Source: an uncultured virus (IMG/VR IMGVR_UViG_3300046513_000217) (Duplodnaviria > Heunggongvirae > Uroviricota > Caudoviricetes). Taken from it: DNA of 61,443 nt. Below, one piece after another: positions 9,796 to 19,724 of this stretch; positions within the stretch are counted from its first letter, which is position 1; each line of letters starts with the position of its first letter. The stretch lies in the IMG/VR virus record IMGVR_UViG_3300046513_000217; one strand, given 5' to 3'. The position numbers and the translations under genes are program-made. The notes beneath the pieces are model-generated. The model was not told the origin of the DNA. It did no database searches and saw only the letters and a program-made list of their open reading frames with translations.

Positions 9796-11922
9796 TCAGG
9801 CGGCGAGGTCGAGGTCTTCGACGAGGTCTTCGACGCAGCCGTCCTCGTCGTTGTCGTTCGCGGCTTCGGGTCGGGCGAGAAGCGAGAAGTAGTGCTTCAG
9901 CTTCGCCGCCTTGTCCTGACCACGGTGGCTGTACTCGTAGGCTTCGACGATCGTCTTCAGCAGCAGGTACTCGTTGCAGAGAAGATTGAAGCGCGTTTCG
10001 ATCGACTGGATCGGACACGTCACTTCCGGCGTGTCGATCTGAACGCCGATCTTTTTCAGAGCCGAATAGGCCTTGTCGCTCTCGGTTGCTGCGGTCGAGT
10101 TGTTCTGCAGCGAGCGATAGAGAGCCTTGAGATCGCGGATGAATGCGAGAACATCCTCCGGGGCCTCACGGATCCGCATCTTCGCCACTTCCTGAAGGTT
10201 GGAGTTCAGGTTGTGGATCGTCTTCTTGTGCAGGCCGGTGAACTCCGCGACGTTGACGCGCCCCTTCAGCTCCTCGACCATGTCGTTGGCCAGCATGGTC
10301 CAGTCGCCCGGAACGTCCTGGTCGCTCGACTTGACGAGGATGACGGTGCCGACCTCGATCAGCTCGAACTCCACCATCGACCTGATGAAGCTCTCGGTTG
10401 AGTTGAAGTCGATCGAGCCGGCCTGGGCGTCGTGCAGCCGATACCAGTCACTCCCGCCGCGACGGCGACGGTACGTTCCCGGCATGCTCTCGACCATCAC
10501 GCCGCCCTCCGCCAGATCAACATCCTGGGTGAGACGCTGCAGGCCGTGGTTGGTGACGACCAAGGTCTTTCGCTTGCGGATCGTCTTGCTGACCCGCTTG
10601 GCGAGAGGCACCTTGAAGCTGTCGAGATCGATGACCACGGGATTGCCGAGAGCAGCGAGAACCTCGTCGCGGAACACTCGCTTACAGCGCACCCACAGCA
10701 CCTTCTGACCGACCAGCTCAGCCATGTGGAAGCGGCTGAGCGAGTAGCTCGGATTGTGCTCGATCACGATTTTGGCGTCGGAGGCCCACTTCGTGCGAAC
10801 GCCCTTGTCCTCGAACTTCTCGAACTGCTGCCAACCTTCCGGGAGCATGTCCGTCTTGAAGTTGGTTTTGACCAGCATGGCCGGGACGTAGGTGTCACGC
10901 CACCGCACCACGTCGCGAAGCCTGCCCTGTCGGGTAGCACCCAGCATGTCGGTCTCGTCGTCGAAGATCTCAGCGGCTTCGAACAAGGTCTCGGCCGCAT
11001 CCATCTTGTCGCGCAGCTGGTCGAGGAAGCTGTCCTCGTACTGCTTGACCAGGTTCTTCAGCGTGGTCCGGGTCGTGTCGTCATAGGCCAGCTCCTCACG
11101 GGACAGCGTGACCTTGAGCGAGCCGATCGGGGCGTCGAACAGGACCTCGTCGCTGACGTCGAGGAAGCCGCTGTTCTCGATCTGGCGCAGGTCGAAGGGA
11201 TACATGACGCAGCCCATGCGAACGCGCGGACCCTGAAACGGCACGGTGCCGGTCTTGAACTTGGTCCAGTTCTCGCCCTCGCTCTCGACGACCGGCTCCT
11301 TCCAGGTGATCGCGTCCCTGGGGAAAATCCGCGGGCGCGGATGGAAGGACCAGAGGATGGAGCGAGCACCGCCGACGAAGTGGTCGATGTCCTCGCGGCG
11401 GACAGCGAACGAAACGTCCAGGCCGTTCCGCTCCTCGGTGGGGACGGTGGCCATCAGGCGCATGACGGGCGCGCCGTCCTGGGCGAGCGAGAGCACATAG
11501 GAGCGCATCACGCCGTCATGGTAGGACGTCACGTAGTAGGAGCCGGCGCCGCTGTCGCCGATCAGGTAGGCGAACGGGCTCTTGGAGCCGAGACCCCAGC
11601 CGCCGACCTGCTCGTTGGTTCCGCGCTTGGTCGAGGCGTAGAGGCGAGCATAGACGTTGACCATCTGCTCGTGGCTCATGCCGGCGCCGTAGTCGCGGAC
11701 GCGGAAGATCGGGTTGAGCCGGGTGGGAAGATGGACCTCGAAGTCGCCGCGGGAAGCATCCCAGGCGTTGGTTGACAGCTCCCGGATCGGGTACTTGATC
11801 TTGTCCTTGGCGAGGCCGGAGATCTGTGCGTAGAACGCCACGCTGTTCGCCTCGAAGGCGATCTTGATCTCGTCCTGCACGCCGGTTGCGACGTCGACAT
11901 GGTCCTTCATTCCGAGCTGCAT
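9796..11922 (-). CDS. rIIA: rIIA-like protein (GHKL ATPase N-terminus)
   Basis: IRELSTNAWDA, VRDYGAGM, YASTK, GGWGLGSKSPFAY, SREEL.YD. Confidence 0.85.
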   Translation of the reverse strand: MQLGMKDHVDVATGVQDEIKIAFEANSVAFYAQISGLAKDKIKYPIRELSTNAWDASRGDFEVHLPTRLNPIFRVRDYGAGMSHEQMVNVYARLYASTKRGTNEQVGGWGLGSKSPFAYLIGDSGAGSYYVTSYHDGVMRSYVLSLAQDGAPVMRLMATVPTEERNGLDVSFAVRREDIDHFVGGARSILWSFHPRPRIFPRDAITWKEPVVESEGENWTKFKTGTVPFQGPRVRMGCVMYPFDLRQIENSGFLDVSDEVLFDAPIGSLKVTLSREELAYDDTTRTTLKNLVKQYEDSFLDQLRDKMDAAETLFEAAEIFDDETDMLGATRQGRLRDVVRWRDTYVPAMLVKTNFKTDMLPEGWQQFEKFEDKGVRTKWASDAKIVIEHNPSYSLSRFHMAELVGQKVLWVRCKRVFRDEVLAALGNPVVIDLDSFKVPLAKRVSKTIRKRKTLVVTNHGLQRLTQDVDLAEGGVMVESMPGTYRRRRGGSDWYRLHDAQAGSIDFNSTESFIRSMVEFELIEVGTVILVKSSDQDVPGDWTMLANDMVEELKGRVNVAEFTGLHKKTIHNLNSNLQEVAKMRIREAPEDVLAFIRDLKALYRSLQNNSTAATESDKAYSALKKIGVQIDTPEVTCPIQSIETRFNLLCNEYLLLKTIVEAYEYSHRGQDKAAKLKHYFSLLARPEAANDNDEDGCVEDLVEDLDLAA

Positions 11923-11958
11923 TGTCAGTTCCTTCTTGAATGTCTGTGTTTGTTGCGA

Positions 11959-12939
11959 TCAGGAGGCGGCTTTGAACAGATCGTCGACGTCGTCGAAGAT
12001 GCTGCTCTGGCTGGGCTGTTCGTTCTGCTGCCGGGCCTTGCCGTAGATGGCGTCGTGGAGCTGGTCGAAGGTGACCCCGGTGTTCTCCAGGAAGGCGGCG
12101 ACATGGTCGGCGTGATGCCAGACCAGGTCACGAAGGGTCGTCTCCTTGCGATAGCGAAAGTTGCCGAACGAAGCTCCAGAACCCTTCGTCGTCTTGAACT
12201 TCGGCTTGGCAAAAGGGTCGCGTTCGATCACCAGCTTTGACTGGTCGATCTTGACCATCCAGTTGCGCAGCTCGATCAGGTGCCCGACATCGAGCGCCTC
12301 CTGGGGGCGGTGCTCGTTGTAGTAGCCGACCGAGATGTTGGTGCATTCTGCCACCAGGTTCCGATACTGCTTGGTGTCGGTCAGCACTCCGGTATCGTCC
12401 AGCTTGAAGCGGCCCGGGAGCTGAGCCAGCATCGATTTTCCGAACGTGTCGGAGCAGGTGCGCTGCCCCTGATGGGTGATGACCGAGCCGGTGCCCTTGC
12501 GATCGAAGGCAATGGCAGCCTGGATACCGGCCAGCAGACTTGGCTCCTTCTCGACGATGGCTCGCGATCCGACGCAGCCGATCTCTTCGGCAAAGTGGAA
12601 CATGTAGAGACCAGGCACCTTCGCCTTGATCATCTCCGCCATGATCCAGACGCCGGCAGCGCAGTCAGCACCCAGGCAGTTCGACTTCGAATTGACGGGC
12701 AGGGAGATGTACTTCCCGTCATAGTCGACCTTCTGATAACCCTCCTTGGTGTGGACGCTGTCGGTGTGCGATGACCACAGGACGGCCGGAGCTTCGCCGA
12801 TCGTCAGTCGCCAGTTGCCGTGCTTGTCCATCTTCGCGCCGAGCGGGATGATGAACTTCTTGATGAACTCCATCTCGCTGGCCGAACCAGCCGGACGGCG
12901 ATAGGAGAGCATCGAGATGATGGTTTCGAGATCGTTCAT
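11959..12939 (-). CDS. M28/M20-like zinc peptidase
   Basis: SHTDSV, LGADC..G, EEIGCVGS, AFDRKG, TD, NISVGY..EH metal-binding motifs. Confidence 0.8.
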   Translation of the reverse strand: MNDLETIISMLSYRRPAGSASEMEFIKKFIIPLGAKMDKHGNWRLTIGEAPAVLWSSHTDSVHTKEGYQKVDYDGKYISLPVNSKSNCLGADCAAGVWIMAEMIKAKVPGLYMFHFAEEIGCVGSRAIVEKEPSLLAGIQAAIAFDRKGTGSVITHQGQRTCSDTFGKSMLAQLPGRFKLDDTGVLTDTKQYRNLVAECTNISVGYYNEHRPQEALDVGHLIELRNWMVKIDQSKLVIERDPFAKPKFKTTKGSGASFGNFRYRKETTLRDLVWHHADHVAAFLENTGVTFDQLHDAIYGKARQQNEQPSQSSIFDDVDDLFKAAS

Positions 12940-12948
12940 TGGTCTTCC

Positions 12949-14433
12949 TTATGCGGCGCGACGGCGGCGATTGAGTACGAGATCGTTGACGGTGGGCTGG
13001 TTCGGATCGAGCAGCTGAACCTCATCAATGATGAAGTGGTCTGCCGTTTTGCCGCTGATCTTCGAGAGGACGGTCATGTCACTCCCGCCGAAATCCATGC
13101 CGACAACCGGCTTGCGCCGACCGCGTGGCTTCTTGGGCTGGATCTCGGTGAACTCGTTGCCTTCGTCGTCGTAGAGATCGGCAACGCTGCGGTGGATCCG
13201 CTTGGCGCCCTTCTGGACCATCTCGCTCTTGGGCCAGTTGCGTGCCGTGAAGATGCAGTGCTCACCATGCTCGGCGAACCACTCCTTGGACCACTGCACC
13301 TGATGGTTCTGCGTGCCGTGACCCAGGAGCACCCTGAAATCGCGAGACCAGATTTTCCCGCTGCCAGCGCAGGTGAAGGCGTACTGTTCGATCGCAGTGG
13401 AGGACCACAGCTGATCGGCGCCGTGGACGTACCTCATGTTGCTGACCGGATAGGCGGAGCCGATCTTTGGGCAGCGAGCCTGCAGGACCGAAGAGCCACC
13501 TGACGAGCTGGTGACATATTTCGGGCCAGCCTCTGCCGGTGCGGCAGCAGCCGTCACGAAGTGATCACCCATGTCGATGCCGACGCCGATGTCGTCGAAG
13601 TAGGGCATGACGAACTCGTAGTCGCCGTCTTCGGTCGGGATCTTCAGGAGGCGAGCGCCAACAAACGTGTCCTGCTTGTTGCCGGTCCCCTTGCGGAGGT
13701 CCGTGTAGCCTTCTCCTGCGAGGGCGGACCGCATGCGCTCGATGTCGCCATAGCATCGGCCGTGGAGTTTCTTCTCCGGCCAGCAGAGCGCGCGTGACTG
13801 GATGCGGCCCTTGCTGTTCTTGGTGTAGGCAACTGCCAGATCACCAGCGCCATAAGGCGCAACCGGCCATTCCGGCAGATCGTGGAAGTCGTGATCGCCA
13901 TCCATGCACGACGAGGGGCCGTGTTTGTAGACGTAGACGATCTCCTCCGGCGTCTTCGCATAGAAGACCTCGCCACTGGGATCGATGGCAGCGATCAGCT
14001 CGCGGCGTCGCTTGTCGACCATCTTGCTGTCGTCGGTCTCATAGAACCGGCTGATGTAGCGGCCCGGAGTGAGAGCGGTCAGCTTCTGGATAATCCCATG
14101 ATCTTCGCTCTCGATGAACGCGATCTTGCTGATGTCGGGAGCCCACAGGTGGGCGAAGTGATCCTTGATCGGATCCAGGTCCCACCTCTTGGGAAGCGGA
14201 GTCAGATCGCCGCAGTCGAGGCGCTTCTGCATGGCAGCGCGCCAGTCGCCGGCCTGCGCGATGCGGCGGCACTGGATCTTCAGGCCAGTGCTGGCAGCAA
14301 CAGTCTTGGACGCCTTGGCAGCGTCGGCTCCCTTGTCGAACGTGCCACAGTCGGGTAGCGGCGTTTCGACCAGGTTCCCGTCTTTGTCGCGGTCCAACCT
14401 CACAAGGTAGAACATCGTTTGCTCCGTTTGCAT
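12949..14433 (-). CDS. hypothetical phage protein (494 aa)
   Basis: long ORF with GPSSCM, RAL.W, RCYG, MPYFD; start may be 14415. Confidence 0.75.
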   Translation of the reverse strand: MQTEQTMFYLVRLDRDKDGNLVETPLPDCGTFDKGADAAKASKTVAASTGLKIQCRRIAQAGDWRAAMQKRLDCGDLTPLPKRWDLDPIKDHFAHLWAPDISKIAFIESEDHGIIQKLTALTPGRYISRFYETDDSKMVDKRRRELIAAIDPSGEVFYAKTPEEIVYVYKHGPSSCMDGDHDFHDLPEWPVAPYGAGDLAVAYTKNSKGRIQSRALCWPEKKLHGRCYGDIERMRSALAGEGYTDLRKGTGNKQDTFVGARLLKIPTEDGDYEFVMPYFDDIGVGIDMGDHFVTAAAAPAEAGPKYVTSSSGGSSVLQARCPKIGSAYPVSNMRYVHGADQLWSSTAIEQYAFTCAGSGKIWSRDFRVLLGHGTQNHQVQWSKEWFAEHGEHCIFTARNWPKSEMVQKGAKRIHRSVADLYDDEGNEFTEIQPKKPRGRRKPVVGMDFGGSDMTVLSKISGKTADHFIIDEVQLLDPNQPTVNDLVLNRRRRAA

Positions 14434-14514
14434 TCAAGCATGCCACCAGGCATGGCTGTTCCGTGGATGGTGCGCGGAACCCGAATTGGCCCCGCGAACC
14501 GCGACTGCTCCTAT

Positions 14515-14528
14515 TTGCATTCAAGCAA
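14515..14528 (-). promoter_or_regulatory. 14-bp element TTGCTTGAATGCAA
   Basis: exact copy; a near-copy lies at 14428-14441. Confidence 0.7.
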
Positions 14529-14773
14529 GCAAAAGAGCAAGTGAAAAATCAGCCCCGAATTGGGCGACGTGATGCAGGTCTATCCCTTGAATTGAAAAGG
14601 CGAAGCCAGATGATGGCCTCGCCGCATTTGAGAACGATCATTTTTTACGCCTGTCGTTTTACTCTTATCTACCCGCCCGATAGTCAGAGATCTGTCCAAT
14701 GTGATGCTTTCGGTCAGTCGTTTCAGGTTCAGTCGCCGACCCATCCCCCGTCCTGGGTCAGTTTGCCTATTGT

Positions 14774-14965
14774 TCAGTCCTCCTTGTCCACGTAGTCGAT
14801 GATGAAAGATGCAAGACCATCCTCGTGAGCTGCGTCGCAGACCGCGTCGATGTTCTTGTACTGGCCGTGCCAGCGTTTGCCGGGCCACTTCGCCCGGAGA
14901 GTGTTGCCGTTCAGCCTGGCGTAGAGCACAGGCTTGCCGGCTTGCTCGTCAGAGATGTCAGTCAT
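14774..14965 (-). CDS. hypothetical protein
   Basis: small ORF in operon. Confidence 0.5.
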   Translation of the reverse strand: MTDISDEQAGKPVLYARLNGNTLRAKWPGKRWHGQYKNIDAVCDAAHEDGLASFIIDYVDKED

Positions 14966-14973
14966 CGTGATCC

Positions 14974-15642
14974 CTATTCGTCGTGCCAGTCGATCGTGAC
15001 GTTGGCATCTTCATCGATCAGCAGGGCCCGGCCTCCGAAGAAAGCAACGGCCTTCGCGATCCATTCGAGCTTTGCTGTCGTTGGGCCTTGCTGGAAGTAA
15101 TGGCCTCCGATCTCTCGATCGAGCGTCTTCAGGCCGATACGGTCTTCCTCGCAGCGGGTGAGGATGGCATCCACGAGCGGGTTGCCGGTGCGCTTCAGTC
15201 GCCGCATCGGCCGCTCTTTCTCGCGGTAGAGCAGCTTCAACCCCATCTCTTTGCGCTGGTTCTGGATGCTCTTGATCGAGCGCCCAGGCAGCAGGCGCTG
15301 CAGTTGCCTGGCTGTCAGGTACGGGTTGTCGAAGAGGACCGCCTTCTCGTCGCGATCCCAGACCTTGAAAATACCGAGACGACGACTCCTCTTGGAGATG
15401 GCCTTTGCGGAACGTCCGGGCAGCATCTCAGTCAGCAGTCTTGCTGACACACGTCTGTTCTCCTCGAGGATCATGTCCTCCGCCCGGGTCCAGGCGTTAG
15501 AGAACCTGACGGCACCAGAATTTCTTGAGACAAGACGGACACTCGATGGCCTCGACCGACCTGTCGCCTTCTTCGTCAAAGTCGAAGCCGCAGTAGGGGC
15601 AATCGAAGTGGGTTCGCAGATAGCCAGTGACGTGCTCTTCAT
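14974..15642 (-). CDS. Myb/HTH-repeat DNA-binding protein
   Basis: two repeats W...E...L.....LPGRS.K.I..R...LG. Confidence 0.65.
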   Translation of the reverse strand: MKSTSLAICEPTSIAPTAASTLTKKATGRSRPSSVRLVSRNSGAVRFSNAWTRAEDMILEENRRVSARLLTEMLPGRSAKAISKRSRRLGIFKVWDRDEKAVLFDNPYLTARQLQRLLPGRSIKSIQNQRKEMGLKLLYREKERPMRRLKRTGNPLVDAILTRCEEDRIGLKTLDREIGGHYFQQGPTTAKLEWIAKAVAFFGGRALLIDEDANVTIDWHDE

Positions 15643-15879
15643 ATTTCTCGCGCTCGCTCACGCAAATGCTCGCTTGTAGGCGTCGACGAAGCGACGCTCG
15701 CTCCGCCGATCTCGACCCCGGAGGGTCTTTGCGAATGGCTTGTGGTGGCGCTTCCAGGTGCTGGTCTCCAGCAGGAAGCGGAATGCAGCGCCTAGCTTGC
15801 GCTGAGCCGGCGACCCCTTATCGCAGGGGTGCCGCCACCTCCGGCGCCGAAGTGTCATTGAGCCCATAGTCATCCTCCT

Positions 15880-16269
15880 TCATGCTGCCACCTTGTAGAG
15901 GGCTTCGTGACGGTAGAACTGCGGCTTCGGCGCCTCGTACCAGAAGGCCACGCGCGGCGGCTCCTCGAAGACTGCGACCACAACCGGGTTGACCGTGTGA
16001 TAGAGGCGGGCTGCCTTGCGTAGGGTGCGTCCGCTCTCGCGGGCGGTGTCGATGATGAGGAGGCGGAATTTCGATGGGCAATGCTGGCCGTACGGGATGA
16101 ACGGGATGTGCAGCATGTGCGAGGTGTAGACCGCGGCGATCGAGCCGGACCGGCCGGGGCCAGTGACTGCGCCGATGTCGTCGAGCTGGTGCTGTTGCAG
16201 CACGATACGCAGCTGAGCGGCAAACTCTTCTTCGCTGACGATGCGGACGGTCGATCTCGGGACGGTCAT
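15880..16269 (-). CDS. phosphoribosyltransferase-like protein
   Basis: GPGRSG.IAA..SHML and LLIIDTARESGRTL (PRPP-loop-like). Confidence 0.65.
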   Translation of the reverse strand: MTVPRSTVRIVSEEEFAAQLRIVLQQHQLDDIGAVTGPGRSGSIAAVYTSHMLHIPFIPYGQHCPSKFRLLIIDTARESGRTLRKAARLYHTVNPVVVAVFEEPPRVAFWYEAPKPQFYRHEALYKVAA

Positions 16270-16343
16270 TGGTGCGATCCTTTGTTCGTGTTCTGCGATG
16301 GTGAGGAATGGCCCGCCTCCCAGAGGAGACGGGCCGGTTTGGC

Positions 16344-17270
16344 TCAGCCGTAGCGGACGTTCTTGTTCAGCGCCCAGTAGGGGGCGTTGCCGTCCTGCGG
16401 ATCGAGGTACAGCGACTTGTGACCGTCACGGCGCAGCTTCACGATGCGACAGGCGCGGATGCCGAAGCCCTGACGGGAGGCGTAGACGGTCTGACCGACC
16501 CGGCGGTTCTGGCCGGCGACGTACATCTCGGTCGGAGCATCGGTGGAGGGCGGGGCGACCGGGGAGACCGGAGCGACCTCATCCTCATGCTCCTCGTCAC
16601 CGTCCTCGTTGTTGCCGTCGAGAGCTTCCGCGAGCTGACCGATGTCATCCGAAGAGATGATCACCGGCTCGGCAACCTTTGGCGCCTCGATCACCAGCGG
16701 GAACACGCCGGCAATGTCACCGAGAGAGGTTTCCGCGCGGGCTGCCGACTCGGAGGCGTACATCTCCTCGTCGATGGTCAGCTTTCGACCGTCGCGGCCG
16801 ATGACCACGAAGATGGTCCGCGGATACGGCTGGTCCTGCTCGACCTTGTGATCGCCGGACGCCGAGTCGCCGTCCGTGTCGAACTGGTCGATGCACTGCT
16901 CGCCATGCTTCCAGAAGGTGATCACGACGGGATGCAGGCTGCCCTTCAGCACGGTGACGATCTTGGCGTCGTCGAACGCCTCGTCATTGTAGTCCGCGTT
17001 GTCGAGCACGACGATCGGCAGGTTGAAGTCGATCAGGCCGATCGGGTACTGCGGGATGGTCGGCGGGGTCTCGGGAGCGGGGAGCGTCTCCGGCGGGAGG
17101 ATCTCGCCGTTCAGCGGCGCGTCCACGGCAACGATGACCGTGGGCTCGGGCTGGGGCTCGGGTGCCGACGCAGGCTGCTGGGTGAGGCTGTTGTCGACCG
17201 GGTCGCTCGGCGCCGCGGCGATGGCCGTGGTGGCGTAGAGGTAGGGACGGTCTTGGCTGGGATCGCTCAT
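16344..17270 (-). CDS. Pro-rich acidic hypothetical protein
   Basis: 308-aa ORF with coherent codon usage. Confidence 0.7.
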   Translation of the reverse strand: MSDPSQDRPYLYATTAIAAAPSDPVDNSLTQQPASAPEPQPEPTVIVAVDAPLNGEILPPETLPAPETPPTIPQYPIGLIDFNLPIVVLDNADYNDEAFDDAKIVTVLKGSLHPVVITFWKHGEQCIDQFDTDGDSASGDHKVEQDQPYPRTIFVVIGRDGRKLTIDEEMYASESAARAETSLGDIAGVFPLVIEAPKVAEPVIISSDDIGQLAEALDGNNEDGDEEHEDEVAPVSPVAPPSTDAPTEMYVAGQNRRVGQTVYASRQGFGIRACRIVKLRRDGHKSLYLDPQDGNAPYWALNKNVRYG

Positions 17271-17360
17271 TCAAGTTCTCCTGGGTGGTTGCGGGCCGTG
17301 TTGATCTCACCCCCGTTCGTGAGGGCGGCGCGCGGGTTCAGAACGGGGGTGTGCAAATGC

Positions 17361-17374
17361 TTGCATTCAAGCAA
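17361..17374 (-). promoter_or_regulatory. 14-bp element TTGCTTGAATGCAA
   Basis: exact intergenic copy. Confidence 0.7.
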
Positions 17375-17388
17375 GCGAGAAGGCATGG

Positions 17389-17835
17389 CTACGCCAGGCG
17401 GACCTGGTCCAGGCCGCAGGCGGTGGCCCAGTTGACCTCGCCGGTTGTCAGGAACATGTCGATCGCGGCGAGCGCGGCGCCCGGCGTGATGTCGTCGTAG
17501 GCCATGTCGTCGATCTCTTCGAGATCGGGGTAGTAGAGCGGCTTGAGCGCGTCGGCGTAGCCTTCGTTGACATAGCGACCAGCGCTCGGGCTCGTCGTCG
17601 TGCGGTCCCGGCTCATGACGTGCCAGACCCAGCCACCGATGCAGCAGGTCGTTCCGCACTTGGATGCCTTCTCAGCAAAGTTCATGTTGAAGCCGTCCGG
17701 ATGCTCGACGTCGCTGTTCGGGTCGTGTTTGAACGTGCCCTTTGCGAACAGCTCACGGACCTCCAGCAGCGCCCGGTGCTCGCCGGACGTGATCTCCAGG
17801 GCTGCCGCCGGAAGAAACTCTCTGTCGTTGCTCAT
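17389..17835 (-). CDS. hypothetical phage protein
   Basis: FNM...CGTTCCIGGW; ITPGAALAAIDMFLTTG; GGAG RBS. Confidence 0.7.
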   Translation of the reverse strand: MSNDREFLPAAALEITSGEHRALLEVRELFAKGTFKHDPNSDVEHPDGFNMNFAEKASKCGTTCCIGGWVWHVMSRDRTTTSPSAGRYVNEGYADALKPLYYPDLEEIDDMAYDDITPGAALAAIDMFLTTGEVNWATACGLDQVRLA

Positions 17836-17929
17836 CTCAAAATCTCCGTGTTGGGCTCGCCTCGAATAGAGGGCGTTTGCAGGAACAGCAAGCATAAATT
17901 TGCAGGAATGCAAATTATCTGCTAAGTGA

Positions 17930-18376
17930 TTGAAGATGCAGCGAACCGAGATTGTATGTGGACTCCCGTGGCTTCAATCGAAGCCGGAACGTGCCATCTT
18001 TTTGGAACTCGGTTATGCATGCGTCTATGTGGTCGGCCCCTCACAGGGCCGGCCGCTACGCATCAGCTGGGCGAAGCAACTCCCCGACAAGCTCGCTGAG
18101 CTGCAACCAGGCAGCTGGAAGCCGCTGTCCGTTCATGACGTGACGTGGACCGTTGGCCAGATGCTTGCCGTCCGCCTGCTGGGCGAAGCGACGTCAATGC
18201 TCGACGGAGCCAAGCGCAGACTGACCGGCGACTGGTTCGACGTCACAGCCGAGCTGGCGCAGCAGACCCTCCGCATCGCCAAGGAGAAGACCGGTATCCC
18301 GACCTTCACCCACGCGGAGATGCTCAGAAAGGTGACCGCGGAGCGCCAGCGTCGCCTCGACATCGCAAGCGCCTAG
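17930..18376 (+). CDS. GIY-YIG/T5orf172-like protein
   Basis: VYVVG...LRIS...L.ELQPGSW.PL...GDWFDV; counter-oriented gene. Confidence 0.6.
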   Translation: MKMQRTEIVCGLPWLQSKPERAIFLELGYACVYVVGPSQGRPLRISWAKQLPDKLAELQPGSWKPLSVHDVTWTVGQMLAVRLLGEATSMLDGAKRRLTGDWFDVTAELAQQTLRIAKEKTGIPTFTHAEMLRKVTAERQRRLDIASA

Positions 18377-18378
18377 TC

Positions 18379-18621
18379 CTACTTCCGTTTGACATAGGGG
18401 TAGCTCGCAACGCTGTCGTCGAGGAAGCGATAGTGGACGCGACCTCCTCGGATCGCCGTCGCCTCAGCCGGCACGTTGAACGCCGAGACATTAGCCACCC
18501 TTTCCAGGTGGAGAGCAGCCATCGTGCGGCCTGTCTGCTTCGACTCTCGCTGCAACATGGTGGCGTGCCAGCCTCGGGCAAAGCCATTGGCGTTGATCCG
18601 GTCGATCTCTTTCCGCGCCAT
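18379..18621 (-). CDS. hypothetical protein
   Basis: ORF with GGGGAG RBS. Confidence 0.55.
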   Translation of the reverse strand: MARKEIDRINANGFARGWHATMLQRESKQTGRTMAALHLERVANVSAFNVPAEATAIRGGRVHYRFLDDSVASYPYVKRK

Positions 18622-18861
18622 GGTCGCTCCCCGCGAGGCCCGCTAGTTACTTTTCCGGCATCGTCGTAATGCCAGATGCATTTGCGGCCCTGCCAGCATT
18701 CCCAGCGCATCCACGGGGTGATGTCCCACTGACCAAGCTTGAGAGTGACTGCGATGCCGGCAGCTCGCGCTGCTGGCACCAGAGCGTGAGCCGCACTGCG
18801 GCGCAGCTCGCCGGTCTGTGGGTTCCTGAAGACGTATTCGAACTCGTTCATAAGGCCCCTC

Positions 18862-19212
18862 CTAGTTCGGGATGATCTTGATGGTGGCGCGATGGTTCTC
18901 GGCAGCCCACCTCGCGATGTCCTCGCCGATGTTGATGTCGTCGGTGTATTCGACCTTGCGGGTGCCCTCTGCCGTCGTGATCTCGACCATGAAGTTCTGG
19001 TCGGGATCGTCTGCGCCCATCAGGCTCTTGATCTGGCGTCGTGCCATCCTGCGCTCCTTGACTTGGTCGATCTGTCCTTGGGCGTCGTCGAGCGCCCTCT
19101 TGCGGCGAAATTCCATCGCAGCTTTGAAGTTGCGGCCCTTGCCGCTGTAGCTGACCCAGCACGGCGGATCGATCGTGTAGGCCAGCTCCTTTACGTCTTG
19201 CTCGAAAGGCAC
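18862..19212 (-). CDS. hypothetical protein
   Basis: likely GTG start; AYTIDPPCWVSYSGK. Confidence 0.55.
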   Translation of the reverse strand: MPFEQDVKELAYTIDPPCWVSYSGKGRNFKAAMEFRRKRALDDAQGQIDQVKERRMARRQIKSLMGADDPDQNFMVEITTAEGTRKVEYTDDINIGEDIARWAAENHRATIKIIPN

Positions 19213-19724
19213 TTGTCGATCTCCCGGATGAAACCCCAAAGGCTGCCGAGGCTGGTCGAGTAGCCCATCTCGTAGGTGTTGCCTTCGTTGTAGTGTTGCA
19301 CCATGCTGTTGCGGATCGCGCGGAGATCGGTCGAGGGATCGCGACCGCAATCCTCGAAGGCAACCTCACGGCAGCGCCGCATCATGAACTCGTAGGCGCC
19401 TTCGCCATCGTCCATCCAGCCCATCGACCTTGCGGCCTTCAGAAGATGCTCACCGGTCCGGCGCTCACGTTCCGGCTCGTCGACGAGCTTCATGTCGACG
19501 TGCTGGGTGATTTCGATCGGATCAACGCGCCGCCGCTCACCATCCTTCTCGTCGGACAGGACGATGAAGCGACCGTTACGGGTGTCGATCCGGATGTTGA
19601 CGTACTTGAACTCGGCCTTCTTGATCCAGGCGAACTGCTTCAGCGCGCCGATGAAGCGGACGAGGTCGGTGTACCAGCGATTGTGCTCGATGCCGTTGCT
19701 CGGCCACTCAGGCAGCTGTTGCAT
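19191..19724 (-). CDS. hypothetical protein
   Basis: 177-aa ORF in operon. Confidence 0.6.
   Translation of the reverse strand: MQQLPEWPSNGIEHNRWYTDLVRFIGALKQFAWIKKAEFKYVNIRIDTRNGRFIVLSDEKDGERRRVDPIEITQHVDMKLVDEPERERRTGEHLLKAARSMGWMDDGEGAYEFMMRRCREVAFEDCGRDPSTDLRAIRNSMVQHYNEGNTYEMGYSTSLGSLWGFIREIDKCLSSKT

Noticed and set aside
18324..18851. 175-aa ORF as a full gene
   Set aside because: The 5' third looks coding but the rest overlaps two better genes; the true end is unresolved
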